From the NCBI RefSeq assembly GCF_036321535.1, contig NC_087437.1, forward strand, positions 47,432,001 to 47,496,000: DNA of 64,000 nt. The letters run 5' to 3'. The position numbers and the translations under genes are program-made. The notes under the pieces are model-generated. The model was given only the letters and a program-made list of their open reading frames with translations. It was not told the DNA's origin and did not search any database. Below are positions 38,541 through 50,550 of this stretch, piece after piece (positions within the stretch are counted from its first letter, which is position 1; each line of letters starts with the position of its first letter). Source of the DNA: Camelus dromedarius (lineage: Eukaryota).

Positions 38541-41500
38541 GAGGTAGCAAGAAGAACGGAGAAGAAAAGGTAGGGTACGGGTGCAGAAGGGAGAACAGGT
38601 GATAACCACTTTTCATTACAAGCCCTTTGATCTGCAGGCATGATATTGAGCAAAATACCTTAGAATGTTTTAAGGAGGAAGCTGTTACCAGCAGCAAATG
38701 CCACAAAGAGGTCAAATGAGAAAGAGCTAGATTTGGCCTGAAAGATCACAGATGAACTTGAACAGGATCATTTCCATAGAATATTGGAATGGTCACCAGA
38801 GTTTGGTGGGCTGGGAAATGAATGGAAAATGAAGACCTGAAGAGGACAAGTATACCTAGCAGAACTCTAAGGACAGGAGAGAAAAGGAGAAAGGTTGCTA
38901 ATAAGAGGGATTAAAAGGAAAGGGGAGGTTGCTGTTGCTACCTTTATTTATATGGAAAAAAAACTTGAGCATGGTTTTAACTGGATTGAGATGAAGAACA
39001 GATAACAGGTAATGAAATCCAGAGTGCCAGGTGAGGAATCAGCCTTGTACAGAAGAAGGGATATCTATTCTTCCGAAATGTAAAGAAATGATGTAGGGGT
39101 GGACTCCACTGAGGAGGCAGAAAGCTGGTGAGCATATCATGGAGAGCGTCTATCCACTAATGAAGCATATCTTGACCATTCTCAGTACACTGCAAGTTCA
39201 TTTGGAAAACAATCAGATGGGAACATTTTGAAAACAAAAAAATTAGCTCAGAGTAGGGTTTCTGATCATGCAATCCAAAGCTAGGAGATCCATGTGAAAA
39301 TGTATGTGCCAAAATAAGTACTTTAAATTTGGAAATAACATCAATTGCATTCTCTGTATTATGAGTTAATATCACTACTTTAGTATTATAATTCGAGAGC
39401 TACTTTTTTCACATGTGCTCCATCTCCCTTTCAAATTAATCTAATTACTATGGTAGGTTGTTATTTGGCTACTAAATATTAAAAATAAAAATCCATGTTT
39501 ATGACAGATTTTAGAAAGGTACTCTGAATTATCAGTTCTTTTTCAATGCGTACGCAAATGAGTAGAAAAACTCATTAACTTTATTTTAAACTGTGGCTGT
39601 CTTGGCAAAATTTATCCATGCTTTTTGCTTTTTAAATTTCTGTTAATAGCCTTCCATCCTACAGTAGTTCTTCCTCTGGGCATTTATGCTGCTGAAACAG
39701 TGCTATGTTACTCCATGCCAGGCTTGCCCTAAGTAACCTGAAGTCTGCAGACAGATTTTAATAAAATGAAGACATGTTTTTCCTCCAAAGGTTTTATTTT
39801 AAATTAAGATATAAGTAAAGCCATAATTCTGAGACTGCAAAAATAGGTAATCTCATTAGAAATAAAACAACAGCTAAGGGTATTCTGAAGCATGGTGACT
39901 GGGTTAAAAAGTCTGGGAATAAAAGTAAATCTGTGATGACCACTGCTACGTGTGGGTCATTGCTAAGGCAGCCCCAGTTTAGGAACAGGAATATGGCAGG
40001 GAAAGACGGTAGTGAGCTTAAAGGGAAGTATTTATTGAGCAGTTTCCATTGTGTGGCCTGGATTACTGGAACATGATATGGTCAGACTCTAGTATAAAAC
40101 CGCTCAAACCAGACCGAAGATTGTTTACAATACTCTGGGCAATCTGAGACTTTGAGATTTTAACAATGGTATCAACTGACTCAAACGTTTTTGAATAATG
40201 TAATCAACAGTGATTTATTACTTCACACGAATGTGTGTCCAGCTTACAAAAAGGCTACCACTGAGCCCTTTCATCTCACACATAACTGAAAAAATGAATT
40301 TGTGATCTTGGTATCACTCTGTATTAAAAAATTACGAAGCAGGTTTTTAGAGATGAAATAAAACTTGACTTCCATCATCTCACCAACCACTTTGCTTTCT
40401 TAGTCTACACTCTGCCTATTTCTGGTTCTTGGTAAGCCTTACTTATTGGTCTTACCCTTGTCTTTAGTAGCCTTTTAAAATCACTGCCTATTCTTGTACG
40501 CTTGGTGTAGTCTTTGATGCATCTTGCAGGCTAACATTTCTATGCCTTCCTTATATGTTGGTTCACCCACCTTTAGGTTATGGTCATGCTCTGATTGTTT
40601 ATTACTCTTTGATCCATACTCTCTCTCATCGTCACCATTTCTACCTTGTTAAAATCCATATTTCACTTCTATATTATCTTTCTTTTATGCTATCCTAATG
40701 AAACTGCTCTGTACTTTCATACTGCTTTGCTTTGTTTCTCTACAAAAAAAAAACTTCTTCCTCTTTAAGAACTACCAGCAGCACTGGTTTCATTCAAATC
40801 TTTGCGTATAAGCTCTGAGGAACCTGCTTTTATTATACCCACACTTTTCACTTTCCATTAGTTTCCATTCTCTTAATACCCACTTGCTTCTTCTTTACTC
40901 CAACTTTCCTTAGTTCTTGGCTACCTAAATTGTTTCTATGACAGGCTATCCCTTTCCACCAACTTTTCCACTTAAAAATTCTGATTACTGAGAAATTTAT
41001 CTAAAATTTACTTCTATTTTCTTATATTTCCTAATTTATATATTCACTGACTCACTGAGGGAGCTGAAATTGAGTATAATTACTACGCATCAGCTAAAAA
41101 GTTCAGAGAGCACATACACACAAATGTAGAAGAAAAGAAAAAACCTAAATAAATGCTGATTCTCTTTCTCATCAAATTTAAGCCTTATAATCCAATGTCC
41201 TTGCTCAAACTGAATTTTCTCTATGCATAACCAGAAGTATCCACCACTGTCTGGAAAGCCACAAAGTGATACTAGGAGAAAAATAGGCAGGAGGTTCATG
41301 GATAATCCATGCACACATTAAAATTACACATTGCCCAAGAGTTTTCCCTCATAAAAGTAAACAACTCTTCTGTAAAAGGTAATTATATATGTGTATGACA
41401 CACAAGTAGGTTTGTTCCCAAGTTAATGATTTATTAAGGGCTTCATATAGCTAAATATCAAAACTTTAGAAACCAGGCTTGATTTCTCCAAGTGTTCCTC

Positions 41501-42877
41501 AGGCCATAAAACAGAACATTCCATAGGAACAAATGAAGACAAAAGCTAGCACTGGGTCTTGGATTTGAGATGCATCATCCTACCAGACTCCAACTGAGTG
41601 GTAAAACCGGCAAAGGAAGACCCCGTATCAAACCATTGTCATGGGGAGTGGTACACAGAGAGAGAGTAGGAGGTGGAGAAAAGATAAAAAGTGTAAATAA
41701 AACACAAGAGGCCTTTATGAACCAATAATGACAGGTGCCAAGAGCTGAGTGATATAATTAACTCAACTCTTTGCACCAGAGAGCAAAACAAACCCAAACA
41801 AAGGGAACTCAAGAGAAGTAACACAGCATGCTTCCCCTAAATCCCAGAGAAAACAATTCACCGACAAAGTATTTCTGATGCACAGTCACAAAGTGACATA
41901 ATTATCAGCTTTGAAGATCAAAACAAAAAAGACTTACACCCAGAGTAAATGAAAACTTTAAGCTGGAGAAAGTTATAGAGGCACGATAGAAGAAATATCT
42001 TTGTAACAGTCATCTTTCTACCATATTGTCTTATTATTTCAAATATTAGTCAAATCAGTGATGACCCAGAATAGGTACTTTCATTCAATGGCATTTGGTC
42101 TCAATGGCTTCTTGGGTCTCTTTTCTCAAAAAAAAAAAGGAAGTTACACAGTTTTACACACAGAAAACAATCTAGAATAAAAAGAAATACTGTACTGTCT
42201 CTTTCTAGCCAAAATTTAATTTTCTATTTGTTCTTAGGTAATAATACCCTTTAAAATTGTCCTTTCCACTAGCTATTCTACATGGAGGTAAAAGCTTTAA
42301 ATCCTAGAAATAAGTAACAGTTCATACTAACAGACTAAAATGAATCACAGTATGATTATTATGAAAGAAGGACAGGGCTCAGTATTCCAATGTCACTTTA
42401 TTTTCACTACAGAAAGATACCTGTGTTTTCCTTAGCAGTGACAGGATATGCTGGAAGAGTTAGAGGTCATAAGAAAAAGGATAAGATTCATAGGTAGAGA
42501 GTACCCTGAACTGATATAAATTATATTAGCTGGAAGAGAATGTTTATTGTTCTAAACAATTTGACACCGAATTGAGTTTGGTACATCACGTTTCAAATAC
42601 CTGTTCTCCTTAGGATCACAGGTTCTAACACACATAGATGATTCACATTTGCCTACAGCGACTGGTAAGCTAAGTGTAGGAGGCTGAGAGAGACCCAGTT
42701 CTGTGAAAAGTGATGCTTTCTTTCAAAGTAGGAACATTGTACTTTTAGCCAAACAAACTAATACTTAAGACCACCTTATTATTCCAAGCACACTTGGTCA
42801 TTTCAGGGAGAACTGAAATGAGCAGAGCCCTAAAATGTTCTCCCACTAAACGCCTGATTTTTCTTTGCTTCCCTTAC

Positions 42878-43147
42878 CTGATAATGAGCCTGGGCTTGCT
42901 GTGCTGAGTTCAAGGTGACATTGCAGAGCTTGCAGTACAGGGGCTTACACAGCTCCTCCAGGGCAGAGTCTTGCTCCCCTCCCTTAGGTAACTCTTCTTC
43001 CCCGGCCAGAGGCAAGGAAGCCTCCTGCCCAAAAGCCTTCTGCGGTGGAAGCTGCAAGGTTCCTGTAGACCTGGCGGCCACTGACATAGGAGGAGAGGAT
43101 GAGGGCCGCTTAGGCAGAGGAAGCCCGGCGTGTTGCAAGAGGATCAT
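42878..43147 (-). CDS. ZMAT3: ZMAT3 coding exon (exon 2, codons 1-90; start of zinc finger 1). Whole exon 43204-42878 including 57 nt of 5' UTR
   Basis: Translates to MILLQHAGLPLPKRPSSSPPMSVAARSTGTLQLPPQK...CKPLYCKLCNVTLNSAQQAQAHYQ, recognisably the ZMAT3/Wig-1 N-terminus. Acceptor ttttgctgttaattcag ends at 43205; donor CAG|GTAAGG after 42878; 270 nt, phase 0. Confidence 0.98.
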
Positions 43148-45233
43148 TGGGTAGGAAAGCCTTGGGCATAATCCAGTGGGTGACAAGAAGTTGGGTCTTC
43201 AAATCTGAATTAACAGCAAAAAAATACTTACTTAAAAATGTGTCCTCAGCAATACGACATGTAAATGACTAGACCGTCTGACCCTTTCCTCTACTTCTCC
43301 AAATCATCTTTGGGACTTCTTTCTTTTCTGCCGCATCTAGTAGACTTCCTCTGTCTGTTAATCCACATTGACACAATGCTCTTCCACTGAGAACAGCTTT
43401 ATAGATTTGGCTTGATTTTGCGTGGCACAGCTCCAGCTGAGATCCCTCTGGCCCGTGAACATTAATAGCATTGCATCCGTGGCTAATTAAATCTAAATGT
43501 CACATGGCTGAAATGGACATCAAAGGTCACCTAGCCCAGACCCCTTCCCTCAGGCACACTTAAACACTCTTGATGATACTCACAGATAGACAAAAAAAAA
43601 CTATCAGCAAAGAACCTTAGCAAATATCTCCATTCCATCAAAATGCTATCAAAAGAAGTGAAATAAAGAGTGTCACTCCTCAGAATGCTTCATCTGAAAC
43701 TAGCTAAAATATCAAGGAACTCTGGGAATAACTCAGAGCTACCATGGGACAAAGACAAATAAATGTACTTTCTTACCAACTAGAAATATTTAAATAATTG
43801 AGCCAATGACTTTTCAGAGGAAAGGCTGCAAACAGACAACCTGTAGGCCACATGCAGTCACAGATATGTTCTGCTTGGAAAATACAGTGTTTTGTTTTGC
43901 TTTCATTTTTTTAAATTGAATTAGTCATCAACATTTAAAAATCAAAAGATCTGTGGCTTCTCTTGATAAAAGGATGATCTGGCAACACTTGGCCGAGGGT
44001 CTGACACGGGCAACAATTAGCTAGTTAGTGGGGAGAGGTGCCATCCTGGGTAGCCAAGCTTGCCTTCTCCAGGCCACCTCAGTCCCCACTCAGCCTGCTT
44101 CCTATAGGCTTGAGTGTAGGACCCCACCTCATATAGCCTTAAACTGTATTCATGAGTCCCCTATAACATCAGAATGTTTTCTCTCCCTCTAGAAGTAAAT
44201 CACCTACACAGAATAATGTATTAAGTAAGTGTCCTACGGAATACTGGGTCACACTACCATAAGCCCCAATGTAATTCTAGTTCCTCAGTCTTTCAACTGT
44301 TTGTTCCCCTTCTTATTAAATAACTGATAGTGTTTATTCTGTTTCCCTCAGAAAAGACCCAGTATGTTCCAATCCCTCTTTAATTTTATACATGATTTCT
44401 CCTGCCTCCCACTGATAGCAACTTCTACCCCTGAGTATCTCAAAATGAACCACAGTATGTGCTTTGAGTTCCCACGATTCTAATTAACCCAAATTAAAAT
44501 CCTTATTTCAAAATCCTCTATTCCTTCCACTCTCAATACTATTAAAACCTCTTTTCTTAGTCAATTGAATATGGCTATTTTAAGCTGCTGAAATTTTCCA
44601 TCTGCAATAGAAATGTGTACATTTTATGACAATAATAGATTGACTAAAATTAACCAAGAACGTTTTGGGAAGTTAAAAGACTCTTTTACCACAGTTAATA
44701 AGTATACACATGTGGAAACTGCAACCAAGTAACAACTTTTATACTAAATTCAGGGTCGGGGCAACAGAGAATATCAGTGCAATGGGCCAAGGATATAAAT
44801 TATTAGTCATGGTATTTAATAATACTTCTCATTAAACAAAATATTTAGAAAAAAATATATTATTCTACTCTCAAGCAGACAAATGCTGTCCATATCTCTG
44901 AGAACATTTTAATAAAGGCATTATAGATTTAGAACACTTAAAGTCAGGTTCTCTATAATCACATTATTCCTCTCAAATCAAGCAAAGACAGATACAGATA
45001 TTTTAAAAAGGAAAACGAAGGAGAACTATGTTTTTTTAAAAGTTTAACTACCTAATTATAATAATTCGTAATATTAAAAGACTACACCTACCACCTGTAC
45101 AGAGACATACTGGATACCAAAGTGCCAATGACAAGCTGCCAGCTCAGAAGAGAAATGATGGAGGAAGGTGTTAAAACATGTGGATAAAGGAAATCAGCAA
45201 TATAAACAGAAAATCTAATGCTACCAATTGCCT

Positions 45234-45253
45234 AGACATGTCTGGACTTGTTT
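45234..45253. promoter_or_regulatory. p53 response element in intron 1
   Basis: AGACATGTCT GGACTTGTTT is two perfect RRRCWWGYYY half-sites with no spacer. ZMAT3 is an established direct p53 target with an intron-1 site. Confidence 0.95.
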
Positions 45254-46419
45254 TATGAAAGCTCACTCCCACTTGAGGAAATACCAGCGTGCATCTAACC
45301 CAGTGTTGTCTACAGGTTTCCATCAAAATAAAGGACCTTCTCAAAGGACAGAGGTACAAGAGGCCCCCTTCCAGAGGTGATAAAATTCCCTGCATTGAAG
45401 AAAAGATTCTCACCAAGTAGAGACTTACCATGATTACATTTTACCTTGATAATATTTAAAGAATAAATAGTCCAAAATTCTTTCTTATAATATTTAACAA
45501 TCAAAATGATGTCAACTCCCCCAAAAGAACCTGTGCAGGACAATTACATCAGGTATTACTATACATGCCAAAAAAAGAAAAACTTAGCATAAAATAAAAA
45601 TCTAAAAGAAATACTAAAACGAAGGCTTTGGTGAAAGCAGACATGATGGAATATAAAGATACAAAGATACTCAAAACAGATGCGACTCAGATCTGTTTAA
45701 CTACTGCATTTGATTGAAAGAAACTAACATGATGGCTGATGTAAATAAAATATTCCTCAAACCATAAAAGCCATTCAATATGATGCTTGAAGTGGCATAA
45801 ATGAAGGATTTACGATGGTTAATGTTCTGATTCGAAGGGGTTAAGGGGACAATAAAGAAAATCAAAGCTTCACATTATACCTGTTTAAAGAAAACGAATG
45901 ATCAAAGCATACTTAGTTTTCATGATTGGACTGGGCCTACTCCGTCACATACCGTATTAAAGACAAGCACTTTCTCATTTTGAGAAATATTCTGAGGAAA
46001 GAGAATACAATAAAGGGACAGGTTACTAGCACCTCAGCAAACTAGGGAAGTCTGTAATTGGGAAATCTGGACAGGAGGGAAAGCCGGTGACCATCATTCA
46101 GTGGTCAACAGAACGCAGGGAGCAGGAATAGGAGAGAGAAAAATAGAAAAATGATCAGCTGAGGTAAGGTATATCATATAAGAAAGACTCAAAAGAACGC
46201 AGGAATTTGGGGTAGAAGAGGCCTCGGTGAATTGGCGAATGTTTTTCAGACTTAGCTATGACGGTTCCTAATCCTAGGGAACCTTCTACATATTTGAATC
46301 AAAGCTACATATACTTCAGCATCGCCCACATATACCTTACATTCCTAAAATGTGCATGCATACACACAAGAGTGCACACACACACATGCACGCACCTCAA
46401 TTCCGTAAGCATGCCATCA

Positions 46420-47270
46420 CGAAAGATGGAATCCCCGGTCTCCCACGGGGCTGGGGCAAGCGCCAGGGCCAAGGCAGCTGCACGCCTAGATGATCCAAAG
46501 AGTACACGTGAAATGCTGCTTAAAAACAAACAGATAAATAAAAGCAGCGCAAGCCAGTCACGTGGAGGGCAGGTGGAAAGCCCGCACCGGAAAGGAACCG
46601 CTAGTCCCGTAGTTCCTGGGCTCGTCCTAAATGCTCCGAGACTCGCGATCGCCCGCACTTACCGGAACCCCCGGGACGCGCCGCGGAGAGTCTGCGCCGC
46701 GTCCGCCCGGGAAGTCTGCCGCCGTCTGTCCTGGGCGCCCGGCTTGGCCTGGTTCAACTCCGCCTGCCTCCGAGCAACTTTCGCGGCTGGCCCCGCAGAA
46801 CCCCCTTGGCTGCTGGAGGCTGACTGTCAAAACTCAGTCCGACCGGACCCACAGGGAAACAGCTGCAGGAAGTGACTGCGGAACCGGGAGGCGGCGGAGG
46901 AGGAGACTGAAGGCGCCGGCCCGGCGTCGCTAGTGCGCATGTGCCTGGCGGAGGAGGCCCCGCGGCGGCAGAGACTGCGACTGCGGCGGTGGCGGAGGCT
47001 CCAGCAACACCGGCGGGTGGGGTGCGCGCTCACGAGGTGCGAGGACTGTGAACGCAGGGGTGCTGAGCTGGTGTAGGGCGCAAAGGAACGAGTCAGAGGA
47101 ACGGCGCACCACCACCAATTGTAAGAGCTCTTCATCATATAACCTGGAAAGTTGATCCAGAGCAGAAACCTGGGCAGGGTTTTTGCAACTTTCATCTCGT
47201 ATCTTTGAGTTCCAAACCTTTTTCATTCCAGCCCCGCCCTCAGTCCGCTGATTGCCGCTAAAGTCGCTGA
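46420..47270. promoter_or_regulatory. CpG-island promoter of ZMAT3
   Basis: The only strongly GC- and CpG-rich block in the window. It contains an NRF1-like TGCGCATGTGC (46934-46944), an ETS-like GGAAGTGAC (about 46868) and two CACGTG E-boxes (46505-46510, 46559-46564). Confidence 0.9.
46663..46920 (-). other. ZMAT3: ZMAT3 non-coding exon 1 (5' end approximate)
   Basis: Near-consensus donor CCG|GTAAGT at 46665-46657 inside the CpG island, about 3.5 kb upstream of exon 2. No ATG on the minus strand between 46663 and 46937. The TSS cannot be fixed from sequence. Confidence 0.8.
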
Positions 47271-48049
47271 GTGGAGCTGCTAGAATATCCAGGATTCTTT
47301 AAACTGCTGCGACAGAAACTTTAAACTGCACATTTCCCGGGATGGAGGAAGAATAGTGTGGCTGCCTTCTCAATGGTCTCCAATCACACAAGAACGTTTG
47401 CCCTCTCCCCCGCATCAAAGTGGGAAAGAAACAGATAGAGAACACTTTCTCTTGACCCCTGGAGCTTCACTTGCAAGGCAGTAAAGACTAGGAAGAGACT
47501 GCCTAAAGCTAAAATGTCACATCCTCTCATAGTCAACTTCAACACTTTCATGATGAGCTGAGGAAATTCAAACTCTAACATTTTATTAACTTGTAAATTC
47601 TCCCATAGTAGTATTTGCTGGGGATGGGGGGAGGGGTAAAATATACATAACATAAACTTACCATGTTCACTATTTTTAAGTGTTCAGTTCAGTGCCATTA
47701 AGTACATTCACAGGGTTGTATGCTTATTTTTTAATCATTAATTAAACTGTCAAGGAGATCTAACTATAGCAACATGTGCCCTAGTAGTAGACAAACTACT
47801 GCAGGAAATTAAGGCTATTTCTTTGGCTGAAACACACCTTCCAGTACAACCACCAACAAACCAAATTGACTGTTTTCTAGAAATGGCTTCATAAATACAA
47901 TGATTGTTTAGCAATCACACCCACAGCTAGTGTACATAGGCCATTTGGGGAGAGTAATCCTTCATGTCTCCGTAGAAAACACAGAATTTTCTGAACTGAT
48001 TTTGTTTATGTATACATACTTTATATTAAAATTTTTTAAATGGACACAT

Positions 48050-48885
48050 TGTTTATAGGGAGTCTGGTTTGATTCTTCTGCATGTAGCTGTCCAGTTTTC
48101 ACAATACCATTTACTGAAGAGACTGTCTTTCCTTCATTGTATATTCTTGCCTCCTTTGTCATAGATTAATTGACTATATAAGTGTGAATTTATTTCTGGG
48201 CTCTGTATTCTGTTCCATTGATCATTTTTGTTCCATTGATCTATTTTTGTTCCAGTACTATACTGCTTTGATTATTGTAACTTTGTAGTATAGTCAAAAG
48301 ACAGCATGAAACCTCTAGCTCTGTTCTTCTTTCTAAAGATTGTTTTCACCATTTGGGGTCTTCTGTGTTTCCATACAAATATTAGAATTGTTTGTTCTAC
48401 TTTGTAAAATATGTCATTGGTATTTTGATAAGGATTACATTGAATCTATAGATTGCCTTGAGTAGTATGGTCATTTTCACAGTATTAATTCTTCCAATCC
48501 ATGAACATGGTATATCTCTCTGTCTGTTTGTGTTGTCTTCAATTTCTTTCCTTAATGTCTTATAGTTTTCTGAATACAGGTCTTTTATCTCCTTAGGTAG
48601 GTTTATTCCTAGATATTACATTGTTTTTTATATCATGGTAAATGGGATTTTTTAAATTTCTCTGATAGTTCATTGTTAGTGTATAGAATGCAACAGATTT
48701 CTGTATGCTAATTTTGTATCTTGTGACTTTACCAAATTCATAAACTCTAGTAGTTTTTTGGTGGTGTCTTTAGGATTTTCTATGTATAGTATCATGTCAT
48801 CTACAAACAGTGACAGTTTTACTTCTTTCTTTCCAATTTGAATTCCTTTAATTCTTTATCTTGCTTGATTGTGACTAGGACTGCA
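48050..48885 (-). mobile_element. L1 ORF2 fragment
   Basis: Minus-strand ORF2-like sequence, including the [18 protein letters not shown] region and typical RT C-terminal motifs. Confidence 0.85.
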
Positions 48886-49599
48886 AACCCAAGCAGACTA
48901 ATAGGGGGCATGATGCCACTTTGATATTTTGTTTATCAGTGTCAACTTATTTCCTGTAGTGTCTAATAGTCTTCAACATGTCCAGACAGTTCTCTTTCCT
49001 CAGTGAACAGAACAGTCACCTGAATAAATGAACTTAGGTCATTGGACAAGGACTGAGGCTACTGTCAGAGCATGTATTTGCTGTGATGTTTCAGGGACCT
49101 TCTTCTTGAGAATCTGGCCACCACTTCATTCAGCAGGTTCTAGACCTGAAAACTGACTCAGGTCTGGGCAAGGGATCATCTCTTTTTAAATTATGATAAA
49201 ATTCACATAGCATAAAATTCATGATTTTACATTTTGGAATGTATAATTCAGTGATTTTTAGTACACTCACAATATTGTACAACTATCCACTATCTAATTC
49301 CAAAATATTTTATTACCTCTAAAAATAAACTCTATACCCATTAAGTAGTAGTGACCATTCTCCATTCCCCCAATCCCCACCAGCAGCTGATAACTGTTCA
49401 TCTATTTTTCTCTCTCGGTGGATTTGCCTATTCTAGACATTTCATATAAATTGAATCATACAATATGTCACTTTTGATCAGTACTTTTTTCTATTTTATT
49501 TATGTTTACTTGTAGTATAGTTGATTTACAGTGTTTCAGTGTACAGCAAAATGAAAATATATATATATATATCAATCACACACACACCCCTGGATGGAT

Positions 49600-50550
49600 T
49601 ATTCTGTGCCTTAATCTTAGTTATTGGCCTGAAAGCCAGGGGAGAGGGCTTCTGTTGCTTTGCAGAGGAGAGGCCTCTGTAGTGTCTTCCCCATGGGGAA
49701 TAAAAGGTAGGAATGCTGCCTCTTAATAGGGAGGGGCAGGTCATCTCTGTAGGCTCTGAAGGTTCAGAGAAATCTGAGGATTCAAAATCTTTGAGGTTAT
49801 CCACACAAAAGTCCTCATCCCATGTATCAGGGACCCAAGTTTCCCAACCAAAGCCCTGATCTTGACGAATTGCTGTCCTGTCTTAGTAAGAAGTAAATGA
49901 AGTCTATGAAGCTTGATGACTCAAACTAAGTCCCGAATATGGTTTTCAGTAATTTCTGCTCTCTCAATGCAGGAAATAAAAGCTATTGTAATCACTAAAG
50001 AGGCCTTATGACCTCCACACTTGGTTTTCAACTGTTTGTTAAATGCCGTCAACATTTCATTAGCCTGCTGTAAAGCAAAGCATCAATGAAATGTAATACC
50101 AGCTAGATAATTTCATGTCTTTGTATTCATTGTCCACCCACCACTACCCTGGCACTTTTCCAAAGCCTGAATTATTGTACCAGTCAAGGTATCCTCCACC
50201 ATTTTCCCAAATCACCATTGGTGAAAATGTTAGCAATTTGGCTGTTAACTTGTGCTAGAAAATATTTCTGTCTCACATACCACCTGGAATGCAGCTATCA
50301 TTGCCAGCCAAATGATGAATGATCCAGTTTATAATCTTCACTGCTGGTGCCTTACTTTGTCACTAAAGGTCCTTGAGTAAGCAGACACTATGATGGTATT
50401 AGGAGTGCATGAGGTTTGTGGAGGGTGATATCTACCAAAGTTAAATGGAGTAAGTCAGGGTTGGGCAGGAAAAGTCTTCAAAAAACAATGTGGCTCTAAC
50501 AGTCTTGGCCAACCTGATGGGGAACTCCAAAATAAAAACTTCCTATTAGA
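49600..50550 (-). mobile_element. ERVL/MaLR internal (gag) remnant with adjacent LTR fragment
   Basis: The minus strand near 49800-49860 reads RALVGK(frameshift)WVPDTWDEDFCVD, matching the ERVL gag motif RALIGKEWDPxTWxGDxW. Confidence 0.6.

Noticed and set aside
42830..43186. 118-aa ORF as a single-exon gene
   Set aside because: It is ZMAT3 exon 2, extended upstream from a TTG and downstream into the intron past the GTAAGG donor.
46258..46875. 205-aa + strand ORF and other ORFs over the CpG island
   Set aside because: No recognisable domain, includes a translated CA-rich repeat, and stop codons are scarce in GC-rich DNA. Best explained as chance ORFs over the promoter.
47028..47036. Possible donor CTC|GTGAGC for an alternative upstream first exon
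   Set aside because: Weak exonic match and no supporting evidence from sequence alone.
48974..48993. Second p53-like site CAACATGTCC AGACAGTTCT upstream of the promoter
   Set aside because: The second half-site lacks the core G and has another mismatch, and it sits among repeat fragments. Too weak to call.
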